NCBI GenBank assembly: GCA_020250125.1
Contig: JADCEL010000073.1
Location: forward strand, 1,369 to 65,368
DNA: 64,000 bases
Direction: 5' to 3'
Source of the DNA: Rhodobacter sp.
GTDB taxonomy: Bacteria; Pseudomonadota; Alphaproteobacteria; Rhodobacterales; Rhodobacteraceae
The translations under genes and the position numbers were made by a program. The notes under the pieces were generated by a model. The model searched no databases and was not told the DNA's origin. It saw nothing but the letters and a program-made list of their open reading frames with translations. Position 1 is the first letter of the stretch, and the number at the start of each line of letters is the position of its first letter. Positions 55,872 to 64,000 of this stretch are shown here, piece after piece.

Positions 55872-56166
55872 GATGAAGAGATACCCCGTATATCCGGTGA
55901 CCGGTTTCGCCGAAAGGGGCAGAGGTTGCGAATCAATGCGCAACCGATGCCGCATACGCCCGCCGGACATGCACGGGAACACCGCTTCGCCCGGTGCCGC
56001 AGAAGAGGACGAGGCACCCTTTAACTGCCCCCCGCGTCGTGTCGGGGGGCAACCTGGTCCTGACGGGCGACAATATCCGTCACCCTGCGCGGGATCATGG
56101 ACCTTGCCCTTGGCTGTAACCGCAAGCCGCAATAAAGCTGCGCAAAGAAGGCTGCAGGGAAAAGAC

Positions 56167-56997
56167 ATGTCCGAAGTGTTCGGTTCGTGGATCGGGCGGG
56201 TCCAGGAGGCCCATGACATCGTGACCGCCCGCCAGGTGCGGCAGATGGCGGCGACCCTGGACGTGTCCGGCACCTTTGCCGATGGCGATCCGCTGCCCGC
56301 GCTGTGGCACTGGATGGGGTGGACACCCGAAACCCCGATGGCAGACCTCGGGCCGGACGGTCACCCGGCCAGGGGCGGTTTTCTGCCGCCGGTGCCGCTG
56401 GAACGGCGCATGTGGGCGGGGGGGCGGCTGGCCTTTCTGGCCCCGCTGCGGATCGGTGAAACCCTGCACCGGCGGTCGGAAATCCTGAAGGTGGCCGAAA
56501 AGACCGGCACGACCGGGCGCATGGTCTTTGTCACGCTGCGGCACGAGGTGACAGGGCAGGCAGGGCTTGCGGTGCGCGAAGAGCAGGACATCGTCTATAT
56601 CGCGATGCCTGACCGCTTCACCCCGCCGCCGCCCGTTCCCGCCCCTGCCGCCGCGTGGCGGCGGGATGTGCCGATGGATACCGTGCGGCTGTTCCGCTTT
56701 TCGGCGCTGACCTTCAACGCGCACCGCATCCATTTCGACCTGCCCTATGCGACGGCGGTCGAGAAATATCCGGGGCTGGTGGTACATGGCCCGATGCAGG
56801 CGATGCTGCTGATGCAGGCGGCGCGCGACCGGTCGCAGGGCGCGGTCCCGCGCGGCTACCGGTTTCGCGGCCTGCGCCCGCTGTTTCATTTCGATGCGCT
56901 GAGCCTGCAAGGTCAGGGGCCGGCGGCGGGGGCCGAAGCGCTGGCAACGGTCAACGGCGAAGGGCTGCTGTGCATGCAGGCCGATATCGACTGGTAG
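56167..56997 (+). CDS. meh: double-hotdog hydratase, mesaconyl-C4-CoA/itaconyl-CoA hydratase type
   Basis: DGHP.RGGFLPP, RRMWAGG, EEQDIVY, LFRFSALTFNAHRIH, GLVVHGP; start ATG 56167. Confidence 0.75.
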   Translation: MSEVFGSWIGRVQEAHDIVTARQVRQMAATLDVSGTFADGDPLPALWHWMGWTPETPMADLGPDGHPARGGFLPPVPLERRMWAGGRLAFLAPLRIGETLHRRSEILKVAEKTGTTGRMVFVTLRHEVTGQAGLAVREEQDIVYIAMPDRFTPPPPVPAPAAAWRRDVPMDTVRLFRFSALTFNAHRIHFDLPYATAVEKYPGLVVHGPMQAMLLMQAARDRSQGAVPRGYRFRGLRPLFHFDALSLQGQGPAAGAEALATVNGEGLLCMQADIDW

Positions 56998-57034
56998 GGC
57001 GCGGCTCCTGCCGGCATCCGGGAAAGGACAGACT

Positions 57035-58246
57035 GTGGGCGTGCTGAAAGGAATGCGGGTGGTCGAAGGATCGGCCTTCGTCGCGGTGCCGCTGGCGGGC
57101 ATGACGCTGGCGCAGATGGGGGCGGATGTGATCCGGTTCGACCGCCTGCAGGGCGGCCTGGACGCGCGGCGCTGGCCGGTGACGGCCAGTGGTGCAAGCC
57201 TGTTCTGGGCCGGGATGAACAAGGGCAAACGGTCGCTGGCCGTGGATTTGGGACACCCCGAAGGGCAAGAGATTGTAACCGCCCTGATCTGCGCGCCGGG
57301 CGAGGATGCCGGGCTGTTCCTGACCAATCTTCGCGCCCGCGGCTGGATGGATTATCCCGCCTTGCAGGCGCGCCGCGCCGATCTGGTCATGGTCAGCCTG
57401 ACGGGCACCCGGCGGGGCGAACCGGCGGTTGATTACACGGTCAACCCTGCCCTTGGCTTTCCGGTGGCCACCGGCGCGGAAGGTTCGACCGAACCCGTGG
57501 CCCATGTGCTGCCCGCCTGGGATTGCATCGCCGGGCAGATGGTGGTCAATGCCCTGCTGGCTGCGGAACGGCACCGGATGCGGTCAGGCCAGGGCCAGCT
57601 TGCCGAGTTGTCGCTGAAGGATGTGGCGGCGGCGATGATGGGTCATCTGGGCATCGTCGGCGAGGTGACGGTCAACGGGGTGGACCGGGCCAAGGCGGGC
57701 AATGCGCTTTACGGGGCTTACGGGCAGGATTTCACGCTTGCCTGCGGGCGCAGGGTGATGGTGATCGGCCTGACCGACCGGCAATGGCGCGGCCTGGTCA
57801 AGGTGCTGGGGCTGGAGCAGCAGATCGCGGGCCTGGGTGCCCGGATGGCTTTGGACCTGACACAGGAAGGCGACCGCTGGGCAGCCCGGCACGAAATCAG
57901 CGCGCTGTTCCGCCCCTGGTTTGCGGCGCGGACCCTGGCCGAGGTGGCACCCCTGTTCGATGCAGCCGGGCTGACGTGGTCGGTCTTTCGCAGCTTTGCC
58001 CAGGCGGTGGCCGAAGACCCCGATCTGTCGCCGGACAATCCCATGTACCAGATGCTGGATCAGCCGGGCATCGGGCGCATTCCGGTTCCGGGATTGCCCG
58101 TCAGCTTCGGTGCCATCGCCAGGATGGCCCCGTCCCCGGCACCGGTTCTGGGCGCGCATACCGAAGAAATCCTGTCCGAAGTTCTGGGTCTGGGTGCCGG
58201 GCAGATCGGGCGGCTGATGGACCTGGGCGTGGTCGCGGGCACCTGA
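57035..58246 (+). CDS. mct: mesaconyl-CoA C1-C4 CoA transferase (2-methylfumaryl-CoA isomerase), family III
   Basis: VVEGSAFVA.PL.GMTLAQ.GADVIRFD, GGLD..RWP, ICAPGE.AGLF.TN, VDYTVNP, HVLPAWD track the recalled Chloroflexus Mct end to end. Confidence 0.85.
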   Translation: MGVLKGMRVVEGSAFVAVPLAGMTLAQMGADVIRFDRLQGGLDARRWPVTASGASLFWAGMNKGKRSLAVDLGHPEGQEIVTALICAPGEDAGLFLTNLRARGWMDYPALQARRADLVMVSLTGTRRGEPAVDYTVNPALGFPVATGAEGSTEPVAHVLPAWDCIAGQMVVNALLAAERHRMRSGQGQLAELSLKDVAAAMMGHLGIVGEVTVNGVDRAKAGNALYGAYGQDFTLACGRRVMVIGLTDRQWRGLVKVLGLEQQIAGLGARMALDLTQEGDRWAARHEISALFRPWFAARTLAEVAPLFDAAGLTWSVFRSFAQAVAEDPDLSPDNPMYQMLDQPGIGRIPVPGLPVSFGAIARMAPSPAPVLGAHTEEILSEVLGLGAGQIGRLMDLGVVAGT

Positions 58247-58785
58247 CGGCGCCAAACCCCTGACCGGGCGCTGCGTCCGGCCCCCCCCCGACCTGCCCCC
58301 GCGGCAGGGCGCGTGTTCAGACATGCAGCCCTTCAGCCCGCCTGCCGGACCAGGCAGATGTCAGACGGCACGGTGGAAAAAATGTCGCCGCCGGTAACGG
58401 CACGGGTCTGCAAACCGGCTGTCACCGATGCAGCCGGTGCCCCTTGGCCAACTGTGCCGCCCGATGACAGCAAACAGGCCAGACGGGCGTGCAGGCACCG
58501 CTTTCTGTCTTCCCCCGGTCATGCCGGAAAGAAGAAAGGTATGGCGGGCAGCCTTGATCCGCAGGTCCCAAGACGGGCGGCACCGGTTCCGGGCCGGGCA
58601 AAGGTCCTTGCGGAACCGGCACCGCACCCGGCCCCGCCGCCGCCAGGATCACGCCACCTGACGGCGGACAACCCGAAGACGCCCGCTGATGCTGTCCAGC
58701 GTCGCCCCGGAAGGGCCTTGGCGGTTCCGGGTGCAATCGCCGGGCGGGCCTGCGGCATTACGTTCGGGCAAACCGGTCAAACCGG

Positions 58786-58799
58786 ATGATCAGGATCAT
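58786..58799 (+). promoter_or_regulatory. FNR/CRP-like palindrome upstream of the second usp
   Basis: ATGAT-CAGG-ATCAT; TAGGGT -10-like hexamer at 58822 gives class II (about -41.5) geometry. Confidence 0.5.
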
Positions 58800-58870
58800 T
58801 GTCGGGCCCTGCGGCGCAGGGTAGGGTGATGCTGTCAGGGCAGGGATTTCGTCAGTTGCAGGAGAAGACC

Positions 58871-59287
58871 ATGATCAGGAAGATAGTGTGCGGTGTCGAT
58901 GGAACGGATCATTCGGAAGTGGCGCTTCTTGCGGCTGCGGAGCTTGCCGCAAAGTTCGGGGCTGATCTGACGATCTGTCTTGTCAACGTCGTCTTCGGCA
59001 GGTCGCCCCGCAGCCCGCATGTCCCGACCTGGACGGACGACGAGGCCCGGAAGATTCTGGATGACGCTTCGGCTTTCCTCACAGGCCATGGCCATCGCGC
59101 TGCAAAAGCCGTCGTGGTGAGCGACCGCGAGGCGTCATCGGGCCTGATCGACTTTGCCCTGGCGCAGCAGATCGATCACATCGTGATCGGCACCGGCGAC
59201 AAGCGCGGATTGTCCCGGCTTTTCCTGGGCTCTGTGGCCGCCGATGTCGCCGCGAGGGCCCCTTGCACGGTCATCATTGCCCGCTGA
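58871..59287 (+). CDS. universal stress protein (single domain)
   Basis: KIVCGVDG, IVIG...RGLSRLFLGSVA.DV...APCTV; GGAG before ATG 58871. Confidence 0.9.
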   Translation: MIRKIVCGVDGTDHSEVALLAAAELAAKFGADLTICLVNVVFGRSPRSPHVPTWTDDEARKILDDASAFLTGHGHRAAKAVVVSDREASSGLIDFALAQQIDHIVIGTGDKRGLSRLFLGSVAADVAARAPCTVIIAR

Positions 59288-59342
59288 CCGCAAGGTGGCA
59301 CCGGCCGTGCCGGACCGTTCCGGCAGGCTGATCGCGGCAGTC

Positions 59343-59394
59343 GGGTTTCTGGGGCGGCAGCCCCGGAGCTAGGCCCGCTGTCGCCCCGAAACCC
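59343..59394. terminator. long hairpin between convergent usp and photolyase
   Basis: GGGTTTCtGGGGCGGCAGC ... GCTGTCGCCCCGAAACCC. Confidence 0.5.
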
Positions 59395-59412
59395 CGTCCT
59401 GCTGCCCGCAGG

Positions 59413-60936
59413 TCAAAGGTCCAGCGTCAGCTGACCGGCATCTGCCGTCTTCGCCCGTTTCGGCCCTGCGGCACGGTCATTGACAAAGCGCCCCGTGCCA
59501 TCGGCCCGGCTGGCATGCGCTTTTGCCACGCGGGCCGCTTCGCGGGCGAAACCGGCGTTGCGGCGCAGGCCCCAGACCGTGTCGCGCGCCGTGCGGGCGG
59601 CGGCGGCCACATCGACCAGCGGTTCGGGATAGCGCCGCCCCAGCAGCCCGGCGGCCCCCGGCCACTTCCACGGCTCTTGCAGGAAGATGTCCGGCACCGG
59701 CGCAAGTTCGGGCACCCAGCGGCGGGTAAAGCTGCCCGCCGGGTCCTGATCCAGCCCCTGTTTGACCGGGTTGTAGATGCGGATCGTGTTGATGCCGGTG
59801 GTCCCCGACTGCATCTGCACCTGCGGCCAGTGGATGCCCGGCTCGTAATCGGTGAACAGCCGCGCCAGAACCGGCCCGGTCGCCCGCCAGTCCAGCCACA
59901 GGTGATAAGAGGCAACTGCCATCACCATGCTGCGCATCCGGAAATTCAGCCACCCCGTTGCCGTCAGATAGCGCATGCAGGCATCCACAAACGGCAGCCC
60001 GGTTTCGCCGCCGGTCCAGGCGGCAAGCCGCTGCGCATCCGCCTCGCGCGGGCGCAGCCCTTCGGTGGCGCGGTGCAGACAGCGGGTTTCGATATCCGGC
60101 TGGCTTTCCAGCTTCTGCATGAAATGGTCGCGCCAGGCGAGGCGGCTTTGAAAGCTGGCCAGACTGCCGCCCCAGCCGCCGCCGGGCCGTTCGGCCTGCC
60201 GGGCGGCGGTGGCCTGCGCCACCTCGCGCACCGACAGGCTGCCCAGCGCCAGATGCGGCGACAGCCGCGAACAGGCCCGCTCGGCCGTCAGGGGCGATGA
60301 CATGGCGGCGCGGTAGGGCTGGCCCCGCGCGGTCAGGAAACTGTCCAGTGCGGCCAGGCCCCGCGCCCGCCCGCCCGCCTGGCGGTGCAGGCAGCGGTCA
60401 TCGGCCAGCCGCAGCATCCGCGCGGTCGGGATCGCCCCCGGTTCCGCCCCCGGAACGCCGGTCAGCGCGGGCACCTTTTCTGTCGGACGCGCCATGAACC
60501 CGTCGCGCAGGCCCGCCCAGCCATCGCGCCCCGCCAGGCGGCGCACCACGCCCGATTGCGGCAGTTCCACCCAGTCGATCCCGGCCCCGTGCGCCCAGGC
60601 CCGGACCCGGCGGTCACGCGCAAAGGTCCACAGGTTGCCGGTTTCCTCATGGCTGATGATCCGGCTGATCCGCTGCGCGCGGCACAGCCCGGCCAGCACC
60701 CCGGCAGCATCGCCCACCCGCACCACCAGCGGCGCACCAAGACCGGCCAGCGCAAGGCGCAGGTCCGTCAGACAGTCTTCGGCAAAAGCCCATTGGCGGG
60801 CCGATGTATCGGGCAGCGCCCAATATTCGGGCTCCACAATATACACGGGCAGGACCGCACCCATCCCCGCCGCAAGGGCAAGGGCCGGATGGTCGGCCAC
60901 CCGCAGGTCACGCTTGAACCAGACAAGAACATTCAT
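59413..60936 (-). CDS. DNA photolyase/cryptochrome-family protein
   Basis: WFKRDLRVADHPAL, SRLSPHL, TGLPFVDACMR, GWLNFRMR, DYEPGIHW; start ATG 60936. Confidence 0.9.
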   Translation of the reverse strand: MNVLVWFKRDLRVADHPALALAAGMGAVLPVYIVEPEYWALPDTSARQWAFAEDCLTDLRLALAGLGAPLVVRVGDAAGVLAGLCRAQRISRIISHEETGNLWTFARDRRVRAWAHGAGIDWVELPQSGVVRRLAGRDGWAGLRDGFMARPTEKVPALTGVPGAEPGAIPTARMLRLADDRCLHRQAGGRARGLAALDSFLTARGQPYRAAMSSPLTAERACSRLSPHLALGSLSVREVAQATAARQAERPGGGWGGSLASFQSRLAWRDHFMQKLESQPDIETRCLHRATEGLRPREADAQRLAAWTGGETGLPFVDACMRYLTATGWLNFRMRSMVMAVASYHLWLDWRATGPVLARLFTDYEPGIHWPQVQMQSGTTGINTIRIYNPVKQGLDQDPAGSFTRRWVPELAPVPDIFLQEPWKWPGAAGLLGRRYPEPLVDVAAAARTARDTVWGLRRNAGFAREAARVAKAHASRADGTGRFVNDRAAGPKRAKTADAGQLTLDL

Positions 60937-61029
60937 CGAACAAGGGTGTAGCAGCGGCTGCGGATTCGTAAAGGCCCCGCTTGCACGCAGCCCGGACCGG
61001 GCTAGGGTATCCGGCTTGGGGAGGCATCG

Positions 61030-63588
61030 ATGACCAAAGCCGTTCACCTGTCTGATTACGCCGCATATACACACCTTGTTGCCCGTACCGAGCTGACAGT
61101 CCGGCTGCATCCCGCGGCAACGCGGGTGACCGCGCGGCTTGATCTGGCCCCGAACCCCGGCCGGCCGGGCCGCCACGATCTGCGGCTGGACGGGGAGATG
61201 CTGCGGCTGCTGTCAGTATCGCTGGACGGTGCCCCGCTGTCTGTCCTGCCGGATGCCACCGGCCTTACCCTTCCTGCCGGTCTGCTGCCGCAGGGCGCGT
61301 TCCGGCTGGAAACCGAAGTCGGGATTTCGCCACAGGCCAATACCGCGCTGGAAGGGCTTTACATGTCGAACGGCCTGTATTGCACGCAATGCGAGGCGGA
61401 AGGTTTCCGCAGGATCACCTTCTATCCGGACCGCCCCGATGTGATGGCCCCGTTCCGCGTGCGCATCGAAAGCGATCTGCCGGTGCTGTTGTCAAACGGC
61501 AATCCGGTGGCGCAGGGGCCGGGCTGGGCGGAATGGGACGATCCCTGGCCCAAGCCCGCCTATCTGTTCGCGCTGGTTGCGGGCGATCTGGTGGCGCATC
61601 CGGGTTCGTTTGTCACCGCTTCGGGGCGCAAGGTCGCCCTGAACATCTGGGTGCGCCCCGGCGACGCGGGCAAATGCGCCTATGCCATGGATGCGCTGAA
61701 ACGCGCCATGCGCTGGGACGAAACCGCCTATGGCCGCGAATATGATCTGGATGTCTTCAACATCGTCGCCGTCGATGACTTCAACATGGGGGCCATGGAA
61801 AACAAGGGGCTGAACATCTTCAACTCCAGATACGTCCTGGCCCTGCCCGAAACCGCAACCGACGATGACTTTGCCCGGATCGAGGCGATCATCGCGCATG
61901 AATACTTCCACAACTGGACCGGCAACCGCATCACCTGCCGCGACTGGTTCCAGCTGTGCCTGAAAGAAGGGCTGACCGTGTTCCGCGACCAGCAGTTTTC
62001 CGGCGACATGCGCTCGGCCCCTGTCAAGCGCATCGAAGATGTGCTGACCCTGCGCGCCCGCCAGTTCCGCGAGGATAACGGCCCGCTGGCCCATGCCGTG
62101 CGCCCCGACCGTTATGTGGAGATCAACAACTTCTACACGGCCACCGTCTATGAAAAGGGGGCCGAGGTCATCGGCATGCTGAAGCGGCTTGTGGGCGATG
62201 CCGGTTACGCCCGCGCGCTCGACCTCTACTTCGACCGGCATGATGGTCAGGCGGCGACAATCGAGGATTGGCTGAAGGTCTTCGAAGACATCACCGGCCG
62301 CGACCTGTCACAGTTCAAGCGCTGGTATACCGAGGCCGGAACGCCGCGCCTGAAGGTTCAGGAAGACTGGCAGGACGGCACCTTCACGCTGCATTTCGAA
62401 CAGGTGAACCCGCCCACACCCGGCCAGCCGGACAAGGCGCCAAAGGTCATCCCCATCGCGGTCGGTCTGCTGAACCCGAACGGGGACGAGGTGATGGCGA
62501 CAACAACGCTGGAAATGACGGCGCAGCGGCAAAGCTTCCGCTTTCCCGGTCTTGCCACCCGTCCGGTGGCATCATTGCTGCGGGGGTTCTCGGCACCGGT
62601 CATCCTGGACCGGACCGGCAGCCCCGAAGAACGGGCCTTCCTGCTGACGCATGACACCGATCCGTTCAACAAATGGGAAGCCGGGCGGTCCCTGGCCAGG
62701 GATCTGTTGATGCAGAAGGTGACCATGGGCGCACAGCCCGGCCCGGACTGGCTGGACGCGCTGGCCCGCGTCGTGCAGGACGACAGCCTTGATCCGGCGT
62801 TCCGCGCCCTGGCCCTGGCCCTGCCCGCCGAAGATGACATGGCCCAGACCCTGCACGATGCCGGGATCACGCCGGACCCCGACCGCATTCACTCCGCACG
62901 GCACCGCATGGGCGATGCGCTGGCGCGCCATCTGTCGGGCCAACTGCCCCGCCTGATCGAGGACCTGGCAGAACCCGGCCCCTTCACGCCCGGGGCGCGC
63001 GCCGCCGGGCGGCGCAGCCTGCGCCTTGCGCTGTTGCGCCTGCTTGGCCGGCTTGACGGCGGGGCGCGGGCGGCGGCGGCCTTTCGCGCCGCCGACAACA
63101 TGACCGAACAGGTCGGCGCACTGGGCTGTCTGCTGGACATCGGACAGGGTCAGGCCGAACTTGCCGCCTTCGCGGCGCAATGGGGGCATGACCGGCTGGT
63201 GATGGACAAGTGGTTCAGCCTGCAGATTCTGCATGCGGCCCCCGACCGCGCGGCGGCTGTCGCCACCCGGCTGACCGCGCATCCCGCCTTTGACTGGCGC
63301 AACCCCAACCGGTTCCGGGCGGTGATCGGCGCGGTGGCGGCCAATCACGCCGGGTTCCATGCGGCAAGCGGGGCGGGCTACCGGCTGGTGGCAAACTGGC
63401 TGATCCGGCTGGACCCGCTGAATCCGCAAACGGCTGCCCGCATGTCAACGGCCTTCGAGACCTGGATGCGCTACGACGCCGCCCGGCAGGCGCTGGCACA
63501 GGCGGAACTGACGCGCCTGCACTCGGCACCCGGACTCAGCCGTGATCTGGGCGAAATGACAGGCCGCATGCTGGGGCTGGAAGAGTAA
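61030..63588 (+). CDS. pepN: aminopeptidase N (M1)
   Basis: TQCEAEGFR, GAMEN, HEYFH...KEG, YEKGAE. Confidence 0.97.
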   Translation: MTKAVHLSDYAAYTHLVARTELTVRLHPAATRVTARLDLAPNPGRPGRHDLRLDGEMLRLLSVSLDGAPLSVLPDATGLTLPAGLLPQGAFRLETEVGISPQANTALEGLYMSNGLYCTQCEAEGFRRITFYPDRPDVMAPFRVRIESDLPVLLSNGNPVAQGPGWAEWDDPWPKPAYLFALVAGDLVAHPGSFVTASGRKVALNIWVRPGDAGKCAYAMDALKRAMRWDETAYGREYDLDVFNIVAVDDFNMGAMENKGLNIFNSRYVLALPETATDDDFARIEAIIAHEYFHNWTGNRITCRDWFQLCLKEGLTVFRDQQFSGDMRSAPVKRIEDVLTLRARQFREDNGPLAHAVRPDRYVEINNFYTATVYEKGAEVIGMLKRLVGDAGYARALDLYFDRHDGQAATIEDWLKVFEDITGRDLSQFKRWYTEAGTPRLKVQEDWQDGTFTLHFEQVNPPTPGQPDKAPKVIPIAVGLLNPNGDEVMATTTLEMTAQRQSFRFPGLATRPVASLLRGFSAPVILDRTGSPEERAFLLTHDTDPFNKWEAGRSLARDLLMQKVTMGAQPGPDWLDALARVVQDDSLDPAFRALALALPAEDDMAQTLHDAGITPDPDRIHSARHRMGDALARHLSGQLPRLIEDLAEPGPFTPGARAAGRRSLRLALLRLLGRLDGGARAAAAFRAADNMTEQVGALGCLLDIGQGQAELAAFAAQWGHDRLVMDKWFSLQILHAAPDRAAAVATRLTAHPAFDWRNPNRFRAVIGAVAANHAGFHAASGAGYRLVANWLIRLDPLNPQTAARMSTAFETWMRYDAARQALAQAELTRLHSAPGLSRDLGEMTGRMLGLEE

Positions 63589-63681
63589 GCCGGCCAAGGC
63601 TGTTCAGTTGATGGCAGGCGGTGCCTTGACCCCTTGCGCGACACTGGCATAGCTTGCCCTCAGTAGCGATGGGGGCATGTC

Positions 63682-64000
63682 ATGCCGGTTCTCTTGGGGC
63701 TGTTGGCGGCGGCAGCCGGGGTGATATTCTGGATATACAGGGCGCGCAATGTCGCCCATGCCGCAAAAGACCTGGGTGACATGGCGGGCGATGTGATGTC
63801 TGCCGCACGCCGTTTCGGCTTTCGCAGGCGCTACAACGAACATCCGGTTGACAGCCTGCAGGATCAGGATGTTGCCGTGGCGGGGGCAGGCGTCGCCTTT
63901 CTTGAGATGGCCGGGTTGCCAAGTTCGCAGCAACAGGCTGCGCTGCTGGTCAGCCTGCAGCATCACCTGAATGTTTCTCATGACAGGGGGCAGGAGGCGA
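63682..64000 (+). CDS. conserved membrane-anchored hypothetical protein, truncated by the window end (absent from the ORF track)
   Basis: open frame MPVLLGLLAAAAGVIFWIYRARN...AARRFGFRRR.NEHPVDS; TTGACC -35-like box at 63626. Confidence 0.7.
   Translation, partial: MPVLLGLLAAAAGVIFWIYRARNVAHAAKDLGDMAGDVMSAARRFGFRRRYNEHPVDSLQDQDVAVAGAGVAFLEMAGLPSSQQQAALLVSLQHHLNVSHDRGQEA

Overview
A GC-rich alphaproteobacterial chromosome segment. Gene content and order (cytochrome c, yejABEF, hemN-fnrL, ccoNOQP-ccoGHIS, clpS, pepN) point to Rhodobacteraceae. Positions 1-24 kb are mostly core: a membrane cytochrome c, a YejABEF-type ABC importer, the FnrL low-oxygen locus with several FNR boxes, a D-Ala-D-Ala carboxypeptidase, clpS and hemF. 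Positions 24-58 kb are accessory-rich: (i) a composite palindromic repeat family, seen as a ~240-bp-unit tandem array at 25.05-25.92 kb and an inverted, TIR-bounded single copy at 34.2-34.6 kb; (ii) an ScfR/RamB-family regulator divergent from a serine-cycle-type sga-mcl-mtkAB operon; (iii) an orphan four-gene phage virion-appendage-like module; (iv) a 13-gene, kinase-free catabolic island for an L-fucose-like sugar, with an acetoacetate-decarboxylase-family enzyme and a FadR/PdhR-type operator; (v) a P1B-4 ATPase-gph-oxoprolinase run; (vi) two glycosyltransferases; (vii) a meh-mct pair resembling the Chloroflexus 3-hydroxypropionate bi-cycle enzymes. The window ends with a USP, a photolyase/cryptochrome, pepN and a truncated conserved membrane protein. 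No rRNA, tRNA, CRISPR array, transposase or integrase was recognised. All homology calls come from motifs and recalled sequences; no database search was run.
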